A stretch of DNA of 64,000 bases, taken from positions 398,424 through 462,423 of the forward strand of contig CAWKHX010000002.1 in the NCBI GenBank assembly GCA_963849605.1, in the 5' to 3' direction. The notes below the pieces were generated by a model. The model worked only from the letters and a program-made list of their open reading frames with translations. It ran no database searches and was not told where the DNA came from. Within the stretch, counting starts at the first letter, position 1. Every line of letters begins with the position of its first letter. The stretch comes from an uncultured Thermoleophilaceae bacterium (GTDB taxonomy: Bacteria > Actinomycetota > Thermoleophilia > Solirubrobacterales > Thermoleophilaceae). Below, piece after piece: positions 19,753 through 29,149 of this stretch. A program made the position numbers and the translations under genes.

Positions 19753-20499
19753 TCATGCCACGCGGTCGGAGCCGGCGTACACGTTCAGGCGGCCCTGTCG
19801 CGCGAACCCACAGAGGGTCATGTCGAGTTCGTCGGCGAGCTGTACGGCCAGCGAGGTCGGCGCGCCGACTCCCACCAGGATCGGTGCGCCGGCGACCGCC
19901 GCCTTCTGCACCAGCTCGAACGCCAGCCGGCCGCTGACGCAGAGGACGTGCCCATGAAGCGGCAGCAGCCCTTCGCGCAGCGCATGGCCGATCACCTTGT
20001 CCATCGCGTTGTGGCGGCCCACGTCCTCGCGCACGAGCCGCAGCTCGCCGTCCGCCGCGAACAACCCGGTCGCATGCACGCCACCCGTGAGCTCGAACCC
20101 CGGCTGTGTGAGCCGATTCGGGAGATCGGCGAGGAGCTCGCGCGACAGAACCGGCCCCGGCGGCAGTGGCGGCGCGTCGACCGCCACCTCGTCGATTGCG
20201 CCCTTGCCGCAGACTCCGCACGACGACGTCGTGTAGAAGCGGCGCCGATCGATGCGGCGGCTCAGCGTTCCCTTGACGTCGACCGTGTTCGCCGCGAGGT
20301 CGTCGGAGAGCCCGACCTCGCATGCCCTGTCGATGAGGCGCTCGCCGTAGAGGAAGCCGAGCGCCAACTCGTCGTCGTGACCGGGCGTGCGCATCGTCAC
20401 CGCGACCGGCTCGCCGGCGACCCGTATCTCGAGTGGCTCTTCGACGGCGACCGCGTCCATCACGCCGTCGCGCTCGACCATCGTGTGATGCCTGCTCAT
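19753..20499 (-). CDS. fdhD: formate dehydrogenase accessory sulfurtransferase FdhD
   Basis: SSCGVCGKG and GRHNAMDKVIG motifs. ATGA overlap with the upstream molybdoenzyme gene. Confidence 0.9.
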   Translation of the reverse strand: MSRHHTMVERDGVMDAVAVEEPLEIRVAGEPVAVTMRTPGHDDELALGFLYGERLIDRACEVGLSDDLAANTVDVKGTLSRRIDRRRFYTTSSCGVCGKGAIDEVAVDAPPLPPGPVLSRELLADLPNRLTQPGFELTGGVHATGLFAADGELRLVREDVGRHNAMDKVIGHALREGLLPLHGHVLCVSGRLAFELVQKAAVAGAPILVGVGAPTSLAVQLADELDMTLCGFARQGRLNVYAGSDRVA

Positions 20500-22796
20500 G
20501 CGGCGCTCCGCTCCAGTCTGATCACGATCGACTTCGAGGTTGGAGTGTTGCTGCCCTCGGCGGTGCTGTCGAGCGGGACGAGCGCGTTCGCCTCCGGGAA
20601 GTAGGCAGCCGCGCATCCGCGCGCGGTGGGGTAACTCGTCGCACGAAACCGCTCGGCGCGGCGCTCGCCGTCGTCCCACTCGCCCACGAGGTCGACATGG
20701 TCACCGTCGCTCAGGCCGCGCTCCTCGAGATCCGCCGGGTGGACCAGCACCACCCTGCGGCCGCCCTTCACGCCCCGATAGCGGTCGTTAAGCCCGTAGA
20801 TCGTCGTGTTGTACTGATCGTGCGAGCGCATCGTCTGGAGCAGCAGGCGTCCCTCGGCCGGCCGAATCGCCTCGAGCTTGTTGACGGACAGCCGCGCACG
20901 GCCCGTCGACGTCGGGAACCGCAGCTCATCCCGAGGCGGGTGCGGCAGGACGAAGCCGTCCGGAAGCCGCTCCTCGAAGCGCTCGAAGCCGGGCACGACC
21001 TGCTCGATCTTCGCGCGCACGCGCGAGTAGTCGGCCTCGAACTCAGACCACGGGATCGGCGGATCGCCGTCGAGCACGCGTCGGGCGAGGCCGCAGACGA
21101 TCGCGACCTCGGAGCGGAGCGCCGCTGAGGCCGGCTCCAGGCGCCCGCGCGACGCATGCACCAGGCTCATCGAGTCCTCGACGGAGACGACCTGCTCGCC
21201 GGACGCCTGCACGTCGCGGTCGCTCCGCGCGAGCGCGGGAAGGATCAGCGCCTGGTCGCCGGTCACGAGGTGAGACCGGTTCAGCTTCGTGGACACCTGC
21301 ACCGTCAGCCGCATGCGCCGCAGCGCGTCCGCGGTTGCATCCGTGTCCGGCGCGGCGCGCAGGAAGTTGCCTCCGAGAGCCATGAACACGCGCGCCCTCC
21401 CCGTGCTCATCGCGCGGATGCTGTCCACGACGTCGAAGCCCGGCTCGCGGGGCGGGCCGAACCCGAACGCCTCTCCCAGGCGGTCCAGGAAGCCGGCCGT
21501 CGGGCGCTCGCAGATGCCCATCGTGCGGTCGCCCTGCACGTTGCTGTGGCCGCGAACGGGGCAGAGCCCCGCGCCCCGGCGGCCGATGTTGCCGCGCAGG
21601 AGCAGGAAGTTCACGATCTCGCGGATCGTCGCGACGGCGTTGCGGTGCTGCGTCAGGCCCATCGCCCAGCACACCACGGTCCGCTCGGATGCGATCACGA
21701 GCTCCGCGGCCTCCTCGATCTCCGCGCGCGCGAGGCCGGTCGCGTACTCCACGTCGGCCCACGACAGCGCCTCGAGCTCGCGCCGCAGCTCGTCGAAGCC
21801 GTCGCAATGCGCCCCGACGAAGTCCCGGTCGAGCGCGTCCGCGTCGAGGACCAGCCGATTCAGCGCCTTGAAGAGCGCGAGGTCGCCGTTCACGCGCACC
21901 TGCAGGAAGAGGTCCGACAGCTGCGTCCCGCGCCCGACGAGTCCCCGCACGGTCTGCGGGTTCTTGAACCGCATCAGGCCGGGCTCCGGCAGCGGGTTCA
22001 CGGTCACGATGCGCGCGCCACGCCGCTTGGCCGTCTCGAGCGAGGTGAGCATGCGCGGGTGGTTCGTGCCCGGGTTCTGGCCGACTACGAGGATCAGGTC
22101 GGCGGCATGGATGTCGTCGAGCGAAACGCTCCCCTTGCCCACGCCCAGCGTCTCCGTGAGCGCGTAGCCGCTCGACTCATGGCAGAGGTTCGAGCAGTCG
22201 GGCAGGTTGTTCGTCCCGAACGCGCGGACGAAGAGCTGGTAGCAGAAGGCCGCCTCGTTGCTCGTTCGCCCGGAGGTGTAGAAGATCGCTTCGTCCGGCG
22301 AGTCGAGCCGGCCGAGCTCGTCCGCGATCAGGCCGAAGGCGTCGTCCCAGGCGATCGGCTCGTAGCGGTCTGAGCCGGAGCGCTTGACCATCGGCTCGGT
22401 CAGCCGCCCGCGCTGTCCCAGCCAGTAGTCCGACTGCTCCGCGAGCTGGCTGATGTCGTAGCGCTCGAAGAACGCGCGCGTCAGATGAGCCTTCGTCGCC
22501 TCCTCCGCCACGGCCTTGACGCCCTGCTCGCAGAAGTCGGCAACGTGCTGGTCCTCGGACTCGGGCCACGCGCACGCCGGGCAGGCGAAGCCGTCCTTCT
22601 GGTTGACGCGCCTGAGCGTGCGGGCCGAACGCACCGGCCCCATCGCCCCAAGCGCGGTGCGCAGCGATTTGAGGACCGACCGCGGCCCGGCGGCGACCTT
22701 CGCCGGCGCGACTACTCGAGGCGAGCGGTCCTCATCGGGCACCGGTTCAGTAAACCAGTGCCGAGCAACGCGTTGGTAACACCCCGCCCGACACAC
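20496..22796 (-). CDS. FdhF/YdeP-family molybdopterin oxidoreductase
   Basis: GFACPACAWPE, NNLPDCSNLCHESSG and a C-terminal MopB barrel. The exact start is uncertain. Confidence 0.85.
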   Translation of the reverse strand: MCRAGCYQRVARHWFTEPVPDEDRSPRVVAPAKVAAGPRSVLKSLRTALGAMGPVRSARTLRRVNQKDGFACPACAWPESEDQHVADFCEQGVKAVAEEATKAHLTRAFFERYDISQLAEQSDYWLGQRGRLTEPMVKRSGSDRYEPIAWDDAFGLIADELGRLDSPDEAIFYTSGRTSNEAAFCYQLFVRAFGTNNLPDCSNLCHESSGYALTETLGVGKGSVSLDDIHAADLILVVGQNPGTNHPRMLTSLETAKRRGARIVTVNPLPEPGLMRFKNPQTVRGLVGRGTQLSDLFLQVRVNGDLALFKALNRLVLDADALDRDFVGAHCDGFDELRRELEALSWADVEYATGLARAEIEEAAELVIASERTVVCWAMGLTQHRNAVATIREIVNFLLLRGNIGRRGAGLCPVRGHSNVQGDRTMGICERPTAGFLDRLGEAFGFGPPREPGFDVVDSIRAMSTGRARVFMALGGNFLRAAPDTDATADALRRMRLTVQVSTKLNRSHLVTGDQALILPALARSDRDVQASGEQVVSVEDSMSLVHASRGRLEPASAALRSEVAIVCGLARRVLDGDPPIPWSEFEADYSRVRAKIEQVVPGFERFEERLPDGFVLPHPPRDELRFPTSTGRARLSVNKLEAIRPAEGRLLLQTMRSHDQYNTTIYGLNDRYRGVKGGRRVVLVHPADLEERGLSDGDHVDLVGEWDDGERRAERFRATSYPTARGCAAAYFPEANALVPLDSTAEGSNTPTSKSIVIRLERSAA

Positions 22797-22824
22797 GGCG
22801 CAAACATGCGCCGCGATGGGTCCG

Positions 22825-23832
22825 TTAGATCCGCAGCTCGCTGGGGACGATCGAAAGCTCGAGCGCGCGATCGGCCCGCAGGACGTAGAGCGTGACCGGC
22901 CGGCCGATCACCTCTCCGACCATCAGGCGCTGGAGATCGTCCACGCCCTCCACGCCGTGGCCGTCTACGGCGACGATGAGGTCCTCGGGCCTGAGCCCGG
23001 CGTGCTCGGCGGGGCTGTCGCGCACGACCTCGACCACTTCGATGCCGGTTGGCCTCCCGACCTGCTCGCGCAGGCGCGGCGGTATCGGCCGGGGCCCGCC
23101 GGCGATCCCGAGGTAGGCCCGAAGGACGCGGCCTTCGCTCATCAGCTGCCCGATGATCCGGCGCGTCGCGCTGTTGATCGGAACGGCTAGGCCCAGGCCG
23201 ACGCCGGCGACCGCGGTGTTCACGCCGACGACGCGTCCGCTTCCGTCGCCCAGCGCGCCGCCGGAGTTGCCCGGGTTGAGCGCCGCGTCGGTCTGAATCA
23301 CGTTGTCCACGACGCGGACGGCGCCGCGCGGCCCCACGGGCAGCGAGCGCCCGAGCGCCGAGACCACCCCCGCCGTCACCGAGCCCGTGAACCCATAGGG
23401 GTTTCCGATCGCCACGACGAGCTGGCCGACGCGCAGTTGCTCGGCATCGCCCAGCTCGGCCGCCGGCAGGTCGCCGTCGTGCGTTCGCAGCACGGCGAGG
23501 TCGGAGAGCGGGTCGGCGCCGACGACCGCGAAGGGGAGCTCGCGCCCGTCGCTGAACGACGCGCGTCCGGAGCTGCGCGATGCGCCCTCGACGACGTGCG
23601 CGGACGTGATCAAGAAGCCATCGGGCGAGATCACCACGCCGCTGCCGCCTCCGGCTCGGCGGCCGCGGTGCGAGATCCGGAGGTTGGCCACCGTCGGGGT
23701 CAGGAACTGCGCAACGGCCGCCACCGTCCGCGAGTACGCATCCAGCGCCTCGCTCTCGGACGGGAGCCGCCGGTCGCGCGGATCGTGTTCTTCACGCCCC
23801 GCTTCTGAGGAGACGAGCCTGAGCGTCCTCAT
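22825..23832 (-). CDS. S1C (HtrA/DegP-like) serine protease with PDZ domain, no signal peptide
   Basis: Catalytic triad context TSAHVV, DLAVL and GNSGGAL, followed by a PDZ-like C-terminus. Confidence 0.85.
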   Translation of the reverse strand: MRTLRLVSSEAGREEHDPRDRRLPSESEALDAYSRTVAAVAQFLTPTVANLRISHRGRRAGGGSGVVISPDGFLITSAHVVEGASRSSGRASFSDGRELPFAVVGADPLSDLAVLRTHDGDLPAAELGDAEQLRVGQLVVAIGNPYGFTGSVTAGVVSALGRSLPVGPRGAVRVVDNVIQTDAALNPGNSGGALGDGSGRVVGVNTAVAGVGLGLAVPINSATRRIIGQLMSEGRVLRAYLGIAGGPRPIPPRLREQVGRPTGIEVVEVVRDSPAEHAGLRPEDLIVAVDGHGVEGVDDLQRLMVGEVIGRPVTLYVLRADRALELSIVPSELRI

Positions 23833-23841
23833 ACGCAGAGC

Positions 23842-25113
23842 CTACGCCCCGCGAGTCGTGGCCCCGCCCGTCTCGAACGGCATCACCGTGATGCCGTTGA
23901 TGAAGTTGCCGAGCACGTAGGCCGGCTCGCCGACCTCGAGCGCTGGGAAACGGCCGAGCAGCTCGGCGAAGAGCGTCTTCAGCTGCATCCGGGCCAGCGC
24001 CGCGCCCATGCAGAAGTGCGGCCCGCCGCCTCCGAAGCCGACATGGCGGTTGGGATCGCGCGAGATGTCGAACTCGTTCGGCCGCTCGAACGCCGACTCG
24101 TCGCGGTTCGCTGCGGGGTAGAACATCACGACCTTCTCGCCGGCCGCGATCGCCTGGCCGGCGACCTCGGTGTCACGCGTCGCGGTCCTGCGGAAGGTCA
24201 TCACGGGCGACGCCCAGCGGACGAACTCCTCGACCGCCGTCTCGACTCGGCCGTCGAGATCGCTCATCAGGAACTCCCGCTGGTCGGGGAAGTCGCACAG
24301 CGCGCGCATCGCATGCGAGGTCGTGTGGCGCGTCGTGTCGTTGCCGGCCACCGAGAGCAGCACGACGAAGGCCCCGATCTCCGCATCGGTCAGACGATCG
24401 CCGTCGACCTCGGCCTGCACGAGGTCGGTGATCAGGTCGTCGGCCGGCCGCTCCCGCCGCTCCGCGCAGAGGCGGAACGAGATCCCGGTCATGATCGTCA
24501 TCGACTCGGTTACGACCTCGAGCGGCGTCCGCCCGGCGAGGAAATCGGGGTCGTTCCATGAGACCGCGGCATCGACGCCCCACAGCACCGCCTCCCGGTC
24601 CTCCTCCGGGACGCCGAGCATCCGCATGATGGTCATCATCGGCAGCCGCTTGGCGACGGCCTCGACGAAGTCGCCCTCGACCCCGTCGCCGAGGTCGTCG
24701 ACGATCGTCCTGGCGTCGGCGCGGATGCCGTCCTCGATGCGTTTGACGGCCCGCGGCTTGAACCCCTCCGCGACCAGCTTGCGCAGGGTCGCGTGGCGCG
24801 GGTCGTCCATCGCGAGGAAGGACTGCGACGCCTCGAGGAGCTCCGCCGGGATGTCCTCGAACATCACCCCCTGCCCCGAGCGGAACCGATCCGGGTCGCG
24901 CGAGACCTCGCGCACGTCGTCGTAGCGCACGATCGCCCAGTAGCCGCCGGTGCCCTCGGACTCGGGTAGGAGCTGCGACTCCGGCTGACGGTGCCAGGAG
25001 ACGGGCGCGCTCGCCCGGAGCTCCGCGAAGCCGTCCTCGCGCTCGGACGGCGGCAGCGCCCAGAACTCCATCGACGAGAGGTCTACGGGCGCGGTGTGCG
25101 CATGCCCCGTCAT
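23842..25113 (-). CDS. cytochrome P450
   Basis: Heme-thiolate loop FGGGGPHFCMGAALAR, an EXXR-type motif, and I-helix AGNDTT. Confidence 0.9.
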   Translation of the reverse strand: MTGHAHTAPVDLSSMEFWALPPSEREDGFAELRASAPVSWHRQPESQLLPESEGTGGYWAIVRYDDVREVSRDPDRFRSGQGVMFEDIPAELLEASQSFLAMDDPRHATLRKLVAEGFKPRAVKRIEDGIRADARTIVDDLGDGVEGDFVEAVAKRLPMMTIMRMLGVPEEDREAVLWGVDAAVSWNDPDFLAGRTPLEVVTESMTIMTGISFRLCAERRERPADDLITDLVQAEVDGDRLTDAEIGAFVVLLSVAGNDTTRHTTSHAMRALCDFPDQREFLMSDLDGRVETAVEEFVRWASPVMTFRRTATRDTEVAGQAIAAGEKVVMFYPAANRDESAFERPNEFDISRDPNRHVGFGGGGPHFCMGAALARMQLKTLFAELLGRFPALEVGEPAYVLGNFINGITVMPFETGGATTRGA

Positions 25114-27740
25114 GTTGGGCGCGTGAGCCCGAGGTCGGCCGCGGCGGCGGCCGCCTGTGCGCGCGAGCCGACGTCGAGCTTGCGCAGGATCGCCGAGACG
25201 TGGTGGTCGACCGTGCGTACGGACACCACCAGCCGTTCGGCGATCTCGGCGTTGCGCAAACCCTCCGCTAGAAGCCCGAGCACCTCCATCTCCCGGGCGG
25301 TGAGCTGCGCCGGGTTGCGGCTCGTCCGCGGCCGCGGACCACGCGGAAGGTTGCGAACGCCGCGCTGCCGCATGCGGCGCGTGACCACCTTCGCGGTCGC
25401 GTGCGCGCCCATCTCGTACAGGGATTCGAGCGCCTTCCGGCGGTGTTCGTCATCTCCGTCCGCGGCGGTCAGCGCCCACTGGTACCGACATCCGAGCTCA
25501 GACCACAGCTCGCACGCCCCACGCCAATCGCCGGCGACGGTAAGAGCACACGGCTCAGCAATGTCGGTCGGAGGTGGCTCGTCCGAACCGGCACGGTGGC
25601 GCCAGAGCGCGAGCTCGCCGGACATCCACCCGACCCGGTCTCCGACGGCCAAGTCCCACGCTCGCTGCGTCTCCTCGAGAGCGGCTTCGTCCCGGCCCTC
25701 GATCCAGGCCGCTTCGGCCCGCGCGATCGCGACGGGCCCCAGGCGCGGGATCTGACCGGAGCGCTCTGCCAGCTCGAGGGCACGGTCGAGCGGCTCCCAC
25801 TGTCCGGGCTCCCCGCGTCGCGCACGCAGCCGTCCGAGCACCGTCAGGGCAAGGGTCGTGGCGGGACCGATGCCGCCCAGGCGCAGCACGAATTCAACCG
25901 AGTCGGCGGCGCGCGTCCACTCGCCCCGCTCCAGGGCACACTCGGCCCGGACTGAGAACAGGTAGGGGCTCGTTCCTCCGAGGTCCTGCCGGTCACAGAA
26001 CTCGATCGCTGTATCGATCAGGCGCTCTGCCTCGTCGAATTGCCAGCGCCGACCCGCATCCCGCGCCAGGAAGACGTACGCCGCCCCCTCCACGACCGGA
26101 TGCCCTCCGGCGCGTGCGAGCTCGATGCTTTGCTGGAGCATCTCGCGGCCACTCGTCTCGTCTTGTGCGAGCTCCGCCGCGCCCATCCGGCCGAGCGCCT
26201 CGGCGATGGGGTGGGTGTCGCCGAGTCTCTCCCCTAGCTCGATAGCGCGCCGGCCCCACGCGGCTGCTTCCACGCGGTTACCGTCAGTGGCGTACACGAG
26301 CGACAGTCCGGCGTACGCATGTGCAAGCTCACTTCCGGGCTCGATCGCCTCTAGCACGGCGATCGAGTCGCGCGCCGCAGCCTCTGCCTCCTGCCGTCTG
26401 CCGATGAGCCACAGCGGCCAGACGAGCGCACGCAGGGCATCGCCCTCCCGCCGCTTGTCCCCGGCCTCGGCGTAGATCCGCGCGGCTCGACGGCAAAGGT
26501 CGATGGCATCCGTCGCTCGCCCAACCGTCCTGCACTCCTCCGCGGCACGGTCCAGCAGATGCGCGCGTGTCTTCGCCGGTAGATCTTCCGCATAGCGGAG
26601 AGCGCGCTCGTACTGCGCAGCCGCCTCGCGGTGCGCACCGAGTGCGGACGCGTGCTCTGCGGCGGCGGGCGCGTAGCGCTGCACGGCCTTCGCGTCGCCT
26701 GCGGCATCGGCATGGTGGGCGAGCTCCGCGAGGTCGGTCCCGGGTCGGTTCGGGTCAGAGAGCGCCTCCAGCGCTGCGCGATGGAGCTTCAGCCGCCTCC
26801 TCGGGGGGATCACCTCTTCGACCGCGAGCCGCGCGAGGTCGTGACGGAAGGAGATCGACTCGCCATCCGCCGTGAGCACGCCGGACGCGAGACAGGCGTC
26901 GAGCGCGTCGACCTCATTCGGGGCCAGGAGCTCCAGCAACCAGAGCTCGGTGGCCTGAGAACTGATGGCGACCGCGTCGAGGAGGTGGCGCGCAGGGGCG
27001 GGTAGACGACTCGCGCGCGCGATCACCGCGTCGCGAACCGTCTGGGGAACGTCCTCGTCGCCCGCCGCAAGCGCCTCGGTGACGAAGAACGGGTTGCCGC
27101 CGGTCGCGCGGTAGAGCTCTGAACCGTCGATCGCGTGCGACGCGGCCAAGTGCGCGACCGCCTCTGCCGAAAGAGGGTCCAGATGCAGGCGCTTGACAGA
27201 GGGCTCACGGCCGAGCTCACCGAGCACCGCGCGGAGTGTGTGCTCCCGCGGGAGCTCGTCGTCGCGATACGTGGCAAGTACCAGCGCCGGAACCGATGTC
27301 ACCCGGCTGATGAGCATCCGAAGCACGTCGAGCGAAGCCTCGTCCGCCCAGTGAAGATCCTCGAGAACGAGTGCCGTCGGTCGTCGTGCCAGCTCGCGCA
27401 GAAGCGCAGTCGCGATCTCGTACGGCTTGGCGCCCTCTTCGACGAGCGCCTCCATCTCGCCGCCGGCCTGTGCGGCCACGTCCGAGAACGGGCCCAGCGG
27501 CCGCGGCGTGAACAGGGGATCGCAGCCGCCCCACATGAACCTCGGCTGCGCGCCCTGCCGCGCTCGGAACGTACGCAGCAGCGACGTCTTGCCGATACCC
27601 GCCTCGCCCACAATCAGCACCGCACGCCCTCCGGCTGTCTCGACAGCCGCGACTTCCGCTGTCAGCGAGTCGAGGGCGGCGGAGCGTTCGAGGAGCCCCT
27701 CGCTGCGATCGACCTCCAGGTCGATACCCGTTTCATGCAT
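25110..27740 (-). CDS. large ATP-binding LuxR-family regulator (LAL/MalT-like: AAA, TPR-like, HTH)
   Basis: Walker A GEAGIGKTS, long helical-repeat middle, C-terminal LTAREMEVLGLLAEGLRNAEIAERL. ATG 27740 (MHETGID) is preceded by GGAGGA. ATGA overlap with the P450 gene. Confidence 0.85.
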   Translation of the reverse strand: MHETGIDLEVDRSEGLLERSAALDSLTAEVAAVETAGGRAVLIVGEAGIGKTSLLRTFRARQGAQPRFMWGGCDPLFTPRPLGPFSDVAAQAGGEMEALVEEGAKPYEIATALLRELARRPTALVLEDLHWADEASLDVLRMLISRVTSVPALVLATYRDDELPREHTLRAVLGELGREPSVKRLHLDPLSAEAVAHLAASHAIDGSELYRATGGNPFFVTEALAAGDEDVPQTVRDAVIARASRLPAPARHLLDAVAISSQATELWLLELLAPNEVDALDACLASGVLTADGESISFRHDLARLAVEEVIPPRRRLKLHRAALEALSDPNRPGTDLAELAHHADAAGDAKAVQRYAPAAAEHASALGAHREAAAQYERALRYAEDLPAKTRAHLLDRAAEECRTVGRATDAIDLCRRAARIYAEAGDKRREGDALRALVWPLWLIGRRQEAEAAARDSIAVLEAIEPGSELAHAYAGLSLVYATDGNRVEAAAWGRRAIELGERLGDTHPIAEALGRMGAAELAQDETSGREMLQQSIELARAGGHPVVEGAAYVFLARDAGRRWQFDEAERLIDTAIEFCDRQDLGGTSPYLFSVRAECALERGEWTRAADSVEFVLRLGGIGPATTLALTVLGRLRARRGEPGQWEPLDRALELAERSGQIPRLGPVAIARAEAAWIEGRDEAALEETQRAWDLAVGDRVGWMSGELALWRHRAGSDEPPPTDIAEPCALTVAGDWRGACELWSELGCRYQWALTAADGDDEHRRKALESLYEMGAHATAKVVTRRMRQRGVRNLPRGPRPRTSRNPAQLTAREMEVLGLLAEGLRNAEIAERLVVSVRTVDHHVSAILRKLDVGSRAQAAAAAADLGLTRPT

Positions 27741-27789
27741 GTCCTCCAACCATGATCGTAGGACCGTCGCCAGTCCCGCAACCAGCAGA

Positions 27790-29149
27790 ATGGCCCGCAT
27801 GCCGCTGAGCGAACTGTTGCGGACCGCGGTCGAGACAGGCGATTGGGCGCAGCTGCGACCACGGTTCGCCGACGACGCGGTGCTCGACACGAGCAGCGAG
27901 ATGGGCCGAAGGCAAGTGAACGGCGCCGACGCGATCGTCGCGCACCTCTCGGTCCCGGGCCCGGGAGAGATCCACGACTGGCAGGCCGAGGAGTGGCCCG
28001 CCGGCGTCGCGCTCAGCTTCGAATGGGAGGGCGCGGACGACCGGGATCGGCGCCGCTGGTACGTGCGGACGAACACGGACGGTGAGGTGACGGAGATCTG
28101 GAGCACGGCTGCGCGCCCGACCGGGGGTGTCGCGCCTGCGGTCAGCCCGCCGCCGTCACTGCTCGACGAGCTCGGCGCGACGCGGCTCGAACCGCTCGCC
28201 CATGGCGGCAATTCCGGGGCGGCGCTGGTCAGGGCGTTCCGCGACGACGGTGGCGCGTTCGTCCTGAAGCGGGTGAGCGCAGCCGGGCGCCGACTGGCTC
28301 GCGCGCGCGACGCACGACGAGGGGCGCACGGCCCAGCTCTACCTGGCCGGGGCGTTCGGCCGGATGCCGGCCGCGATCAGCCACGGCATCGTCGCGGTCG
28401 AACGATCCGGGGATGCCGCCTGGATCGCGATGCGCGACGTCCAGCCGCACCTCCTCCCGCCGAACGCGCGCCTCTCGCGCGAGGAGAGCCGGCGAATCCT
28501 CACCGCCGCAGCCGAGCTCCATCGCACGTTCCGGGACGGCGTTCCGCCCGGCCCCGCCACCCTCGCCGACCGGATCGGGATGTCCTCGCCCGGAGTGGCC
28601 GATGCGGAGCGGCCCCACCCGGACCTCCTGCCGAAGCAGTTCGAGCAGGGCTGGGATGCCTTCGGCGAGCTGGTGCCCGCCGACGTCGGCGACGTCGTGC
28701 TCGACCTGACGCGCCGCCCGGACGCGCTCGCCGACGCCCTGCTCCGTGCTCACGGCGGGCCGACGCTGATCCACGGCGACCTGCGCGGCGACAACCTCGG
28801 TTTCGACGGCAGCCGCCTCGTGCTGATCGACTGGGACCTCGCAACCGCCGGCACGCCCACCGTCGAGTTCTCCTGGTACCTGGCGCACTCCGCGCGCCGG
28901 ATCGACGCCGAGCACGACGAGCTCGAAGCCGACCATCGCTCCACGCAGGGCGATGAGCTGAGCGACGACGAGGTCGAGCTCGGCATGGTCTCCGGGCTCG
29001 TTCAGTACGGCTGGCGCATCGCGCATAGCGCGCGCGTGCATCCCGATCCGGCGGAGACCGAGTGGGGCCGGCGTGAGCTCGACTGGTGGGTGCCGCGCGC
29101 GCGAACGGCGCTCGAGCGCCTCGGCGGCGCGCCCTCGGCTACTTCTTGA
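27790..29149 (+). pseudogene. SnoaL/NTF2-like domain fused to an APH/choline-kinase-type phosphotransferase, frame change at 28285-28288
   Basis: N-terminus MARMPLSELLRTAVETGDW..; kinase motifs HGDLRGDNL and IDWD. FVLKRVSAAG (frame of ORF 27427) continues as ADWLARATHDEGR.. (frame of ORF 28364). Confidence 0.7.

Noticed and set aside
16822-20604. The 1260-aa track ORF read as one giant protein
   Set aside because: Beyond about 19260 the frame becomes Arg-rich nonsense and runs antisense through fdhD. The coding signal moves to other frames at about 17860 and 19261. I accept only the HTTM, toroid and MarC-TM1 segments of this frame.
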